Assembly: GCA_015680685.1 (NCBI GenBank)
Contig: MNCI01001632.1
Location: forward strand, 1-64,000
Direction of reading: 5' to 3'
Source of the DNA: Gnetum montanum
Lineage: Eukaryota; Plantae; Gnetophyta
Length of the DNA stretch: 64,000 nt
Part shown: one piece after another, positions 36,077 to 48,279 of the stretch
How the letters are laid out: each line of letters opens with the position of its first letter
Numbering within the stretch: the first letter of the stretch is position 1
Translations under genes and position numbers: made by a program
The notes under the pieces: model-generated
Told to the model about the DNA's origin: nothing
Seen by the model: the letters and a program-made list of their open reading frames with translations, nothing else
Databases searched by the model: none

Positions 36077-37622
36077 TGTAACAATGGAAAATGTTGGTCA
36101 CTGGAAATACCGAGCAGAGTTCCATGTACACAGTTCCAACCCTGGATCCGTGCGAGGGCTGTGCTGAAGAAGACAAATCCGAGGTGCACTGAATGGTCTT
36201 TTTGATTAGACAGGGACTTACTTAATCAGTAAAATTTTATAATAACTAGGTGGCAAAATGATGATTTAAATGAGGAAATATGATATCCTTAATCCCAGAG
36301 GTAACGAGAGCGATGTAAACGATTCAAAGATATTGCAAAAATCTATATAGATAGGATGCAATAAACTGAATTTAAAAAGCGTGCAATCCTGAGATCTAGG
36401 ATTTAGCTTATAAAAGAAATATGTTGGATACAATGATTACAGGTGGAATTTGGTTTAAATGAAGTGCATGCTAAGAACAGGAAAGCTATTTAAAGATAAA
36501 ACAAGCAAAGGTCGATTTACCTTATTCTAGCCAATCTGTGCGCAAGGGAGTCACACCCGAAGTAGAATGTCTGCTAAGTAGCTATTTCTGATCAAAATTC
36601 TTGTTAATCACCTTCGATGTTCTTACGATTATCGATCCCCTTTTTTCTTTCTTATAAATCTTTGCCAAAAGTTGTCGACAATTGCCAATGAAAGAAAATT
36701 GCTCACGGAGAAAATTTTGCCAATCGAGAGAAATTTTAAATTTTTTGCCAACCCCCTTTTGATCCTTGTTAACTGGAGTATTTATAAGGTTAGGGTTAGG
36801 AGAAAAATTTTGTTTAGATGACATGTGTCCTGAAACTACAAAATGTCGTTGACTTCATGTGTTTGTGTTTGAAGCTTGCGGCACTACACTGCATTACGCT
36901 CTGAAGCGTAATTTGTCGTAATCTACTTTTGCTAGAGCTTTGGCAACAAACTATTCTATGGTTACACTGTAATACGCTAAAGAGCGTATTGTGACATATG
37001 AACTGTTGATCCCTAAATTCTGTTATCTTTGTTGTTTCTTGTATTACGTTGTGTCATGCTACATTACGTTGCATAGAGTAATTCAACATAAGATAATGAA
37101 CCTACAAAAAATTAAAGTGTTGTCATCATGCTTCCCTTGTAACTTTTCAGTCTTTCTGGGGTTTATTATGCTACACTGCATAATGTAGCGTAATAGGCCC
37201 TTAGCTAAAAAAGGAAAACTTGCTGAGATGTGCAACATGTTGTAGATCTTTGCTTGAGCCTTGAGATTTTTCTAAACCATTGAGGTCTTTAAATTTTGCA
37301 ATCTTCGTTGTTGCGAATAGATGGACTATCTCCTTGTATTATGCTATGTTACGCAACATTACGCTACGTTGCGTAACACGGCAAAATACGCTAAAAGTTA
37401 AAATTTTCGAAACATAGCTAACTTGCAAAGTTGAAGGCTTTCCATTGCGCACCCCTTGTCTTGTTCTATCCTTCAGAGTCTATTACGTTGCACTGCATAG
37501 TGTGGTGTAATAGACCCTTAGCTAAAAAGAGAACTTGCTAAGCCACGACTTGTCACAAATCCTTGCCTGAGTCGCAAGATTTTGCTAAATCGTTGAGGCC
37601 TCAGAATTTGCACAGTGTTTCA
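36077..37622 (-). repeat. 5' LTR of B (1546 bp)
   Basis: Colinear with 18452-19990. Confidence 0.96.
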
Positions 37623-38914
37623 GTAGGTATTCATAGGTATGCTTTATTTAATTTTTAGTATTTCATGTTCTAAATTTTATGGCTACAATATGATTTTATG
37701 TGTTAACTAGTTTTCTATGTGCTATGCTTGTAGATAAGTATCAGGTTATAGTAGCCGAAGCTACTACAGAGGTAGAACAAAGGCATGCAGAAGAGACACT
37801 TCTAAAGCAACCTATGTTTGAAGGACTTGTTAATGCTAGTGTAGATAATCTAAATGTCTTGTTTGATGAACTGGTATTAGGTATCTCTTCCATCATCATC
37901 CTAGAGGAGGAAGAGGAGGAGGAACCAGGGACACCTATGCCTCACTATGTTTTCCATATTTCATTAGCTCTCTTTGGTCATCATCATAACCTTTCAATGA
38001 TTGTTATGCTTACAGTAGTTCCTGAGTCACCAATGGAAGCTTCCATCCCTAAGTTTCATGTGAAACCATGGGTAGAGACTCTAGACAAAGTGGAGTTCCT
38101 ACTTGGGATGGCTAATGAAATCATCAATCAATTGCATTAGGTTGCAGTTAAGATAGGTAAGGATTTTATTTTATGTGCTTTGGTCATAGGCTTTGTTTGC
38201 ATTATGTTCATTTTAGGTTTTGTCTTATGATTGTATTTTATTCTTTATGTAGTATTGTTAGTGGAGTTTGACTCTAGTAGAGAGATGGAGGTAGACTCCT
38301 TGCCTAGACTTGTCTCTTATGTTTTTAGTATACTTATGAAGTTGTATGATACTACCACTGATTTGGAAATGTCATGTGCAAAAGCTTCATGCAAGCTAGA
38401 GAGGTCCAATGAATTTCTATGGAAGGAAATTATGGCTTTAATGGAAAAGGCTTAAAGGAAGGAGGATATGATTTAGTATCTCTAAGACTATAAAGCCTTT
38501 GTAAAAGGCCAAGTTGCTAACTTAAGGGAGTTATGGACCAAGGAGATCAGTTAGGCCCACTATTGGCATGTCATTCAAGACAAAGTAGCAATCCTATAGG
38601 AGATGGTAGAGTGACAAATGTAGATGGGCCTCATCTTCCAAAATGTTGAGGACTAGACTACACTTGAGTTCTGGAGTGGGGCAAGACACAAAAGGTCTAG
38701 AAGCATCAATATAAGGTCAATCATGGGGCCTACCTAAAATGTCTTAAGGAAGATTTGATTGAATGAAACAAGAGAGATCTATTCATTTAGAGGATCTAGG
38801 TAGAGAGTTCTTATCAACTTTCTGAATGTACTCTCAAGGTGAAGCAATCCCCTACTCTTCATATCACCACAATTGTAGGTGAGACCTCTACAACTGATGC
38901 TACTCATGAGCCTC

Positions 38915-39748
38915 TGATGAGTGGCGAGGTACCCCCTACATCCAACCATACGAATATGAGTGTGTATGCATGATCCGATTGAACTCTGTGGATGCGCTAA
39001 TCATGAGTTTTAAGATAGTTATTGTGCTTCTTTATTCATTTTCTTCCCACATTAGACTAGTGGAGGCTTTGTCACGTATGGTTTAGTCTAAAGTGAGGTG
39101 TATGATATAATGTTTTAACGTTACTCCTACTATGGAATGATAATAAAGGGTTGATTAACTAAAGGTATGAAATAAATCCTACATTTAACCTAAGGTGATG
39201 AGTATCCAAACCTGATTGTCCATATGCACCTTGGGCTTCACATAGTTGCTGCTGGGATTACCAAACACTAATTGCTACTGGGTTACTAGACAATATGCTT
39301 ATGTGTTTGCAATTGGTCATACTCATTTTGCTTAATGACAAGGAACATAAATAACATTAATTGGAAATAGTAATAAATAAATACATTGAAATTTTAATAT
39401 AAGAAAATCACAAATGCAAAGTGGATGCTGCAATGATGTAAATGATCTCAATCTTTATTATCGAACATGTAATGTGCCCAAGTACATTGCATGTGAATAA
39501 GGACATTGTGCAACCATAAACATCACACTGCAGGCATACACTAGAATTGAAATTGAAAAACTTCTAACTAACTTTATCTATCTTCTATTTCTACCTATCT
39601 ATCTATGTATCTCCCCCCTATAACACCATGCACCCCATGTGATATTTATAGGTGAGAATGGTAGAAACAACATTGGATATCTGACATCGCTTATTGACCC
39701 TGATATCGAAGCCCCAATATTGCTTCTAATGTGGATGATGACTCATCA
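38915..39748 (-). repeat. 3' LTR of C
   Basis: Colinear with 46225-47064. Confidence 0.93.
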
Positions 39749-39920
39749 TATCCCCACAACTAAATGAAAACTCATCCTTGAGTTTCATACAAAATGGTGA
39801 AAGGTATGGGATTATTGAATAACAAGATAATCATTGCATCACAATGGTGTTTTATTGCAATAGAATGATGACACATTACAAGAATCAAAATTAGAAACAA
39901 AAAAAAGGATGATGGAGCCA

Positions 39921-42736
39921 CTACATTGTGCTAGGAGGTGGTGGCTCTTCCATAATCTCTTTTCCTTTGCCTTTATCTACTAGTTTCAGAGGCTTGTAAT
40001 GATGTAGTAGTGATTGAAATTTCTCCTCCTCTATCTTGGGATCATGCACAGTTCATGCAGATGATCTGATGTGTAAGGAAACTAGCACATCCCATGGACA
40101 CAACAATTGCAAAAAAATTTGATTAGCTTTTACATACCAAGTCACAAACTGTTATCTCTCCTCTTCAAATGCCTTGGCCTTATCCTTTAACTCTTGAAAA
40201 TCAATGAAGCATTTGGCTAGGTCTACAACTACATCTTTCTATCCATGGTATCTTGCCTTAACCACCTCCAATTCTATAGTTGCAACCACTAGCTTGTTAA
40301 GAGATGCTTTGCAGTCAACAACCTCCTTTTCATACAACGCGTATGTGGCAACTACCTACCTCTCGAGCTCATTGCATGGGCACCCTACTATCAACATGGC
40401 CAAGTTAGCCTATCAAAGATTGGCCAACTCCATGTATTCTTTCAGATCAGCAATCTATAGATCCTGGCTTTTAACCTCCACCTAGTGGGTAAGGGCATAT
40501 GTATCCAAGATGTTTCTCCAATTCGATTTTTGGGCCACAAAGAAATCTATCTAGAAATTTTCCATCAGGATTTCTTTTTCAATGACTTATTTGCACATTC
40601 CCACCTAGTCATGGAAGTGCTCTTGGAGGTGCTCATTCTTTCTAGCCTTGTTCTACCACATGCTTATTTCAATGACCAACTTTTGTCAGATAGCATGTAC
40701 CTCCTCCATAGAGAGGGTTCTATTTTCTTAGGTGAGGCAACTCATGTCATGGTTAACATGCACCAACTACTCTCTTAGCTAGTGGACACTTTCTTCTAGC
40801 CAATTCTTTTGTTTCTCAATGGTGGTCAAGATATTTTTTGCTGCAATTAACTTTTTATTTTCTTTTTGTAGGGTAGTAAGGGCCTTGAGTTGCGCATGTG
40901 TTTGCGCTTCTGTGATGGAAGCATCCCATACCACTTTCTATCTTTCCAGTGCCAAGGTTTTATTCATTTCTTAGTTTAGAAAGCCTCCATTATCTTAGGT
41001 GGGATCAATAAAGATGTATCCCACCTTTCCACCCTTAAGGTTGCAAGCTCTTGATGAAGCCTTTGGGCTTTTGCTTCTGCGTGCTCAACCCTGTGCTCGA
41101 CGATGAGAAGCTTTCCTCTAGTTGAAATCACTTTGGACTATGCTGTAGTGACATCGTTGGGGATGTTTAACAAGGAGGTCATTACCTACCCTATCTGTAG
41201 CGGTCTATCTAGCATATCCTTGTGTTCAGCCAGAGTCATGATAGGATCAACCAATGCTTGCGCATCCCATGTGCCTGTGAGATCTATTGGTGGTATAACA
41301 AGGACATTAAAGGATTCTTTAATGTGATCCTTGATAATTTCTATTGCAAATACTACATCTTGGTCTTGCATGACTACAATTGTAGGCCCTTCACCAGTTT
41401 CAAGTAGTACTTGAAATGATGCAATGTTCCCAAAGATCTGTTGTAACCACTAGGCCTCTCGTCTGAACTGGAGTGAAACCTACCCTGTGGAATGAGTAGT
41501 AGACATCATGGGTTGGATTGCATCATCAAGAAATTGAAAGAGACTTGACTCATTAGGTGTTCTCTAGCTCATAAGCTCTGAGATCCATCAAAGATGACTA
41601 AGTGTGGGCTTATAATCATAAACTGGTGGCTGCTGCTGAGGTGGTTGAGATGATAGTGGTGGTTGTTTAGAATATGGTCTGTGGCTAGGTCTTGTTTCCT
41701 ACTGCTACTTGGCCTACACCAACTAGTGCCTAAGCTATTTGATTTGTTTCTCTAGTTGGGTAATGTATCTCTACTTTGGTTGCTGCTCTTGTTGTTCTTC
41801 TTCCTCTCTGAGATCTTTTCTCGGAGGCATTGGTTTGAGTAGTTTTGCAAAAGAAGCATTTTGAGCTTTGTGGGATATATCATTGGTATAACCAAGGATT
41901 CCAACACATTGACACAATTTCTAGATTAGATAGGGGAATTTCAAAGTGAGCTTCCCTGTCTTTGCCTCTTCAAACTACTACTTGATCTCCATTAAGTATA
42001 GTTGGGGGATGTTGGCTTGAAATTTTCTCATTAACATAGCACATCATGGAGTTGCATAGGTGGATAAAATATTGAGCCCCTTCATTGGAAACAAATGATA
42101 TGTCCCAATTTTAAAATAGGTATGCTATTCTATGCTCAATTCATTGTATGACTTATTCTTTTCATGAAAAGCATGTTTTAACCATAGCTTATGACTCTGT
42201 AGATCAAGTCGAGTTGATAGAACCAGCAATCGTGCTCCAATATTTGGAAAATTTAGGGCTTTAGTGATTGCCTAGATAGAATTAGAGACTGTGTCCCCAC
42301 CAATTCTTACAGTCATACCTTCTTCTTTACCATGCAAAAAATAATAAGTCTTCCCAAGGTACCATTTTGCATTTTCAGAGAAAATTGGCCAAAATGGAAA
42401 TGCTTGCAACTATGTCCTCACTGACTAAGGGGAAAACTCCATGAATGGCCCAAAGTTCATTTTCATGATGATCAAGGCTAATGTGGGACATTCCTAAATG
42501 TAAACAAGGCATTTCGGTGACAACATGAGTCATTTTCCTTGCACTTAATGTGTTGCCTTTTCCTACATAGGTTGAGCTTTAGCAGGGACTTATGTAGGGA
42601 CTTCTTGATGGATGCTAAATGACTATGCCTCCTACTTAATTGGTGGCCCTTGCTAGCCAGTTTGACCTTAGTTTCCCTAAGGGCGTTTGCTTGGTCCTTG
42701 TGATGGATCACCTTCGGTTGCTTGTTTGGGGGCCAT
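39921..42736 (-). pseudogene. Athila-type accessory ('env-like'/plant transposon protein) ORF of C, ~940 codons
   Basis: ttgtag|ATG MAPKQATEGDPSQGPSKR...; VRIGGDTV...AITKALNFP; LKFPYLI*KLCQCVGI; Q/P-rich linker; coiled-coil C-terminal half; many stops. Confidence 0.7.
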
Positions 42737-43729
42737 CTACAATCACACAAAACATTAGGTTACTAAAGGATCCTTGTATTGATCATGTTACACATTTATA
42801 CCTTAGTCAACCTTAAGTGTACATTATAGCTATGTTAGATTTCAGAGTTAAGGGCTTACTTTTTTATTCAAAATGGCCTAATAAGGTAGTTAAGGCACTT
42901 AGGAATATGTAAAAAGTATCTTTGGTATGGTGGGCAACATTTATTTACTTATTTAGCTTTGATTTTACTTAGTGTATTCATTTTTTACACTTAGAATACC
43001 TTTTGGGTGATAGCGATTTTTGAAAAAAAAAATGTGACATTAGGTGGACACAATAACCACCATCCCACCAAAAAGAAGAAAAGAGTAATAGGAAGTGTGG
43101 AAGGACCTTAGTTAGAGGGAACCTTCAAGCATAACCAGTGCTTGTCTTTCTAGTTCCATAACTAGTGCTTGTAGCCCATACTCCATTATTACATCTAAGG
43201 GGTCTACTTTGAATTTTCATTAGTTCTCTCTCTCTTTTTGCTACATTTTTTTTCTTTTTGGATGGAAACCACACCATGCAAAGACTTATTTGACTCAGTC
43301 AACTTCCTGGTGGTGTTCGACGGTCGAATGATGGAAAATGAATGACAACATCCACATGCCCAAGAGAATAAAGCTACACAAGCACATCAAATCCTCTTGA
43401 AGTCACACCCTTTTCAATTCCTTTGAATCCTTCTTCAGGGTGGAGGATGCCAAGCCAAAAATTCATTATAGTTTGATTAGAAAAGGGCTCCATCCTTCCA
43501 AAATAGAGGGAAACCATAGAATTAAGTGAATGGATGGATGATGTGGAATCACCATTCACACAGTTAAACATTTATGATAGAAACAACATAGAAACAAATC
43601 CCCACCCCAAGTGGACCAAAGTAAAGCTCACGTATTGATCGAGAACACTTAGGAATGGTAAACAAAATAAATCAAAACAAAAAATGAAAATAAAAGAAAA
43701 CAAAACAAAAGTAAAAGGGGGATTAGTTC

Positions 43730-46100
43730 ATGGTTAGAAAGGAAGGTAGCCCCAAGGACTATGCATTGGAGGGTGATACAAACTAGCAAAAGGGTCCATG
43801 CATTATGGATACATGGTATAGGGCTTGCTTCCTTGTGGTGTCATACACATGGTATAAGGGTTGGGTTGGTATGCCAGTGTGGAAGATGGGGTAGCTTGAA
43901 ACGTTCTTGGAATCCAATTAAGGTCATGAAAACTTGATGGAATGCATGGATTATATTTTCTTGGCATAAAATTAGAATCCACAATAATGATCAAAATAGA
44001 ACTAGAGACAATAGGTGACTTTAGTATATGTATAGAAGGTGGTAGATCCAAAGGAAGGGATATGTCACTAGATTGCCCTTGTGCAATAATAGTAGATATA
44101 GTGTGTGATGCTTGGCCTTTACATTTTTTGGTGCATATCGTCCTGAAGAATGGATGTTTGTGTGGCTGTAAAGGATTTTCACTAGATTGATCATTGGTAC
44201 GTACAATTTCTGCATGAGTAGCTACTTGTGGTTGTAAAGGATGTTATGCTGAACCCTTTGGAATGGATGATGACATGTGAAGGGGAAAAACATGAGAGCT
44301 TGGGAAAGATGGCAGAGGATACGCAGCATGCGGTGTTGATGACATGGTAGATGGGATGTAGTGATGGTGTTCTAGTGAGTGGTACACATGCTATGAAGAA
44401 GAAGAAGATGAATGAAAACTTGTCAGTGAAACAGGCTGTTGAACTTAGTACTCACATGAGTACGAATGGTGATATGGCTACCAAGTGGGTGATTGCCTCC
44501 CCCATGACTGTGGTGGTTGCCACTGTAGTTGAGGTTGACCATAAGGTTGAGGATGGTTCTTACCCACATGGTTATAGGATGGACGTTAATCATGTGGATG
44601 AAAAGGTATTCTTCTAGGCTTATGTTGGCATAAGAACTTCAAATTTAGCACAGAAGCCCAATGCTCCTATAGATGTGACAATATCAGGCATCGACCCTTT
44701 AGATGATCATAAAGGCAAAGGTCACATTCCTCATCTGTGTTTTTAGTGGAGCTATTTGCCTTGTTTTCAATAGCAATGTGTTTTTCTTGTTGGCCTTTCA
44801 TCTCACTTGTTTTGCAATTTGTTCCTTTATGTTGAGATTCTTCACCGAGGCTGTGTTGTGCCACACTCACTTTAGTAGGCTTATGATATGATGAAGCACT
44901 ATCCTAAAGCCATGTAGACATTCTATTCAACCTTGCATGGAATTCATCAATCAGTTATTATATTGGCAACAGATGTTGGGACATCTCCCTATGGAAAGTT
45001 GCCTTATCCTAGTCAATGATGGTTTCTATTACAAACATTGATTCCCATTGGTGGTTTTCCAAACTTTTTTTTTACACAACTCCACTTATTCTTTAGCAAC
45101 CCATTGAATTAGCCTTAAAATCTAATAGCCTTCTAATTCATGTAATTGACCCTTAGCATGTGTTCCAAGGGTCTCTAGTGTTTGAGTCCGAAGCCCATCT
45201 ATGATGTGGTGAAGTTGTTCTTCCTTGGAGAAGCCATGGCCTGGACATTTATGCAATAAAGAGTAATAATAGTCCAGGGCCAAATCGAAGGGGTCATATT
45301 CTATTTTTTGCCACTCTTGGACCTATTTCTGTAACTAGGACACTCTAGTGTAAGTTTGGTACTTGTTGTTGTACAATTCTAACATCGTGGACTAATGCTT
45401 AATAGAATTTGGTTTTAGTGACTAATACCACATGGTAGCTTGATCAATGAGTGTCCAGGGGAAGAGTTTTAACTTCTAGCACATGTTGTCAATGTCTTGT
45501 AAGATGCATGCATCATGGAAGGCTTTCAAATGATGTTATGGATCAGAATTATGGCCTCCTCTAAACCTAGGGATATACTCCATTTTGATTCATTTGATAC
45601 AGCTATCTTGTTGATGCTTTTTGGGGATTCTAACAGCCTCCTGAATGTTTTCTAAGCTTCAAGTCGATAACAATGGTTCACTTTCTCCATCAAACATCGT
45701 CATGTATGGACGTTGAGTTGCATGAGTTTGATAACCCTGTAGGTAGTTGTGATGATGATATGAGTATTGCATTCTTCAACATCTATCATCGTGGTTTATG
45801 TGGAAATCATACCTATATCAGACATCATCCAAACAAGATGTTGCAAAGGAAGATGAAGTGAGACTAGGAGAAGGGTTATGGGTCCTATGGTTCTCCAATT
45901 AATCCCATGATGTATCATGACTTTGTGCTTGGAAGTTTCTAGGCTTGGAAATTATTCCAACTTTAGGATGATCACTCTCTTCGACAAAAGTTTCTGAGTC
46001 TATTGAATATAGTTGTGAAACACTATTTGAAAAGATTTGAATCCATTCAGATGGTTACTCACTCCATTCCATGTAACTATATATAACTATTGGATAAATT
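43730..46100 (-). pseudogene. gag: gag of C
   Basis: IPRFRGGHNSDP*HHLKAF...KLFPWTLIDQATMWY*SLKPNSI at 45400-45600; CDLCLYDH..GRC at ~44700. Boundaries approximate. Confidence 0.75.
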
Positions 46101-46205
46101 ACTAATGTCACATGCACAAGACATGTTGGAGATGCATGTGTGACTTGTTACTCCTTGTTGAAAGATAGAGCATGGACATAGTGCCATCTTAGATAATAAG
46201 CATCA

Positions 46206-46224
46206 TCCCTAGCAATGGTGCCAA
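46206..46224 (-). promoter_or_regulatory. PBS of C (tRNA-Asp type)
   Basis: TTGGCACCATTGCTAGGGA directly after the 5' LTR. Confidence 0.85.
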
Positions 46225-47064
46225 TGATGAGCAGTGAGGTACCCCTACACCCAGCCATAAGAATACGAGTGTGTACATGCAATCTAGTCAAACTTCATGG
46301 AATCATAAGTTCTAAGATAGTTATTGTGCTTCATTGTTTGTTGTCTTCCCATGTCAGACTAGTGGAAGATTTGTCATGTATGGTTTAGTTCAAAGTGAGG
46401 TGTATGATGTAATGCTTTAACACTACTCCTACTATGGAACGATAATAAAGGGTTGATTAACTAAAGGTATGAAATAAATCCTACATTTAACCTAAGGTGA
46501 TGAGTATCTGAACCCGATTGTCCATACACACCTTGGGATTCATGTAGTTGATGCTGGGATTACCAAATGCTAATCACTACTAGGTTACCAAACAATACGC
46601 TTATGTGTTCACAATTCGTTCTACTCATTCTACTTAATGATGAGGAACATAAATAACATTAATTAGAAACAAAAATCAATAAAGACATTGAAATTTTAAT
46701 TTAAGAAAATAAAAAATGCAAAGTGGATGCTGTAATGATGTAAATGATCATGATCTTTATTGCCAAACATGTAATGTGCCCAAGTACATTGCACTCAAAT
46801 AAGGATGTCATGCAACCATAAACATCACATTAGGGGCATACACTAGAACTGAAATTGGAAAACTTCTAACTAACTCTATCTATCTTCTATCTCTACCTAT
46901 TTGTCTATGTATCTCCCCCCTCTCACACCATGCACTCCATGTGATATTTATAGGTGAGCATGGCAGAAATGACATAAGATATATGACATTGGTTACTAAC
47001 CCCAATATTGGATCCATGATATAAAAGCCCCAATATTTATTCTGACGTGAATGATGACTCATCA
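46225..47064 (-). repeat. 5' LTR of C
   Basis: Colinear with 38915-39748. Confidence 0.93.
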
Positions 47065-47693
47065 ACCTTCTACTTGAACTTATATAGAAAGATTTGGCAT
47101 TCTTTTTGACATTGATCTTAGGAATGTTGACTAGGTTAACATGATAGAGTCCCAGATCCTCCATTGTTTGGAGGAAGGCCTTTCCCATCTATCCCCAAAA
47201 GTGATGGAGCTGAACTCTCCATAGGTTTGATATATTTTGTGTTTTAGTCTTTATTTTAAGTCATGATTTTGGGTATGGGTTACTAACTTGCTATATGTTG
47301 TTGTATTTTAGGCCTCAAGAGACATTGGAGGGCCTAGTGGTGAGGGTGGAAATGACCCACCACTTCCTCATCAAAAGGCTACTTAGCAGCCTCCTTCAAT
47401 TTAGCTTGTTGGCTATTTGTTTTTATTTTCATGTTCATAGCTATGATTAGCCAAAACTATGTTATTGATGGTTATTCTTTGGAATCATTGCTACTCATTG
47501 TGGTTATGGCTATATATGTTATGGAAATTTAATTTTAAATTTAACTATTTGATTTTATTTCTTAGTTATATGCATCTATAATGATAAATGCTATAAATGG
47601 CTATATTGATGTTTTTGGGTTATAAAATCAAATGGCTAATCGATGTGATAATAGGCTAAGAAAAGAAAGATATAATAATAAAAGGAATTTTTG

Positions 47694-48120
47694 TTGGTTT
47701 TAGGCCATCATGGGCATAGGTTATATTGTGCGATTATGGATACATTGCCAGTTTAAGACCGTGGTAGGCCATAATGCTAGTTTAAGGTCTTAGTGGACCA
47801 TAGTACCAGTTTAATGTCTTAGTAGACAACAATGTTAGTTTAATGTCATAGTAGACCGTAGTGCCTATTTAATGTCTTAGTGGATGAAAATGCCAATTTA
47901 AGGTCATAATAGACTGTAGTGCTAGTTTTAGGCCTTATTGAGCTAGAATGCTAGTTTAAGATTATAGCGGACCATAGTGCCAGTTTTAGGCCTTAGCAGA
48001 CTAGAATGCTACTTTAAGGTCATAGTAGACTATAGTGCTAGTTTAACATCTTAGTAGATGAGAATGCTAGTTTAAGGTCATAGTAGACCATAGTGCCTGT
48101 TTAATATCTTAGTAGACAAG
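47694..48120 (-). repeat. Hairpin-motif tandem array (~14 copies, 29-bp unit) after the gag-pro stop of A
   Basis: tgctagtttaaggtcatagtagaccatag and variants. Confidence 0.9.
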
Positions 48121-48279
48121 GTCTGAAAGAGACTCTTTTTTAATGTTTAAAACATAAGTAAAATTAAAGGAAGGTTATAGCAATTAAGTAACAATGCAAA
48201 GAAATTTAGGCTACATGCATAGGCTATGAGAATAAAATAACAAAGATATAATAAACTACAGAAGAAAAAATAAGGCTAT

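Larger units (their letters stand above)
18452..37622 (-). mobile_element. Element B: structurally complete Tat-like gypsy, 19.2 kb
   Basis: LTRs 18452-19990 and 36077-37622 (TG...CA); perfect TSD GTAGG at 18447-18451 and 37623-37627; PPT; tRNA-Asn PBS; gag-pro and RT-RH-aRH-INT present. Confidence 0.96.
38915..47064 (-). mobile_element. Element C: Athila-like non-autonomous element (gag + accessory ORF, no pol seen)
   Basis: LTRs 38915-39748 and 46225-47064 with TGATGAG...CTCATCA ends; PBS TGGCACCATTGCTAGGGA, a CpG-decayed form of the tRNA-Asp PBS TGGCGCCGTTGCCGGGGA; PPT GTGGGGATA; degenerate TSD gcctc/acctt. Confidence 0.88.
14831..47386 (+). pseudogene. Antisense multi-exon accessory gene of A (FCP1-like + transposon domain + coiled coil), interrupted by B and C
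   Basis: Exons ~14831-14957, 16525-16966, 17045-17313, 17419-18451+37628-37636, 37734-38156, ~38253-38914+47065-47224 and ~47312-47386, with GT-AG boundaries. Peptides align exon by exon with the B copy. Confidence 0.8.
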
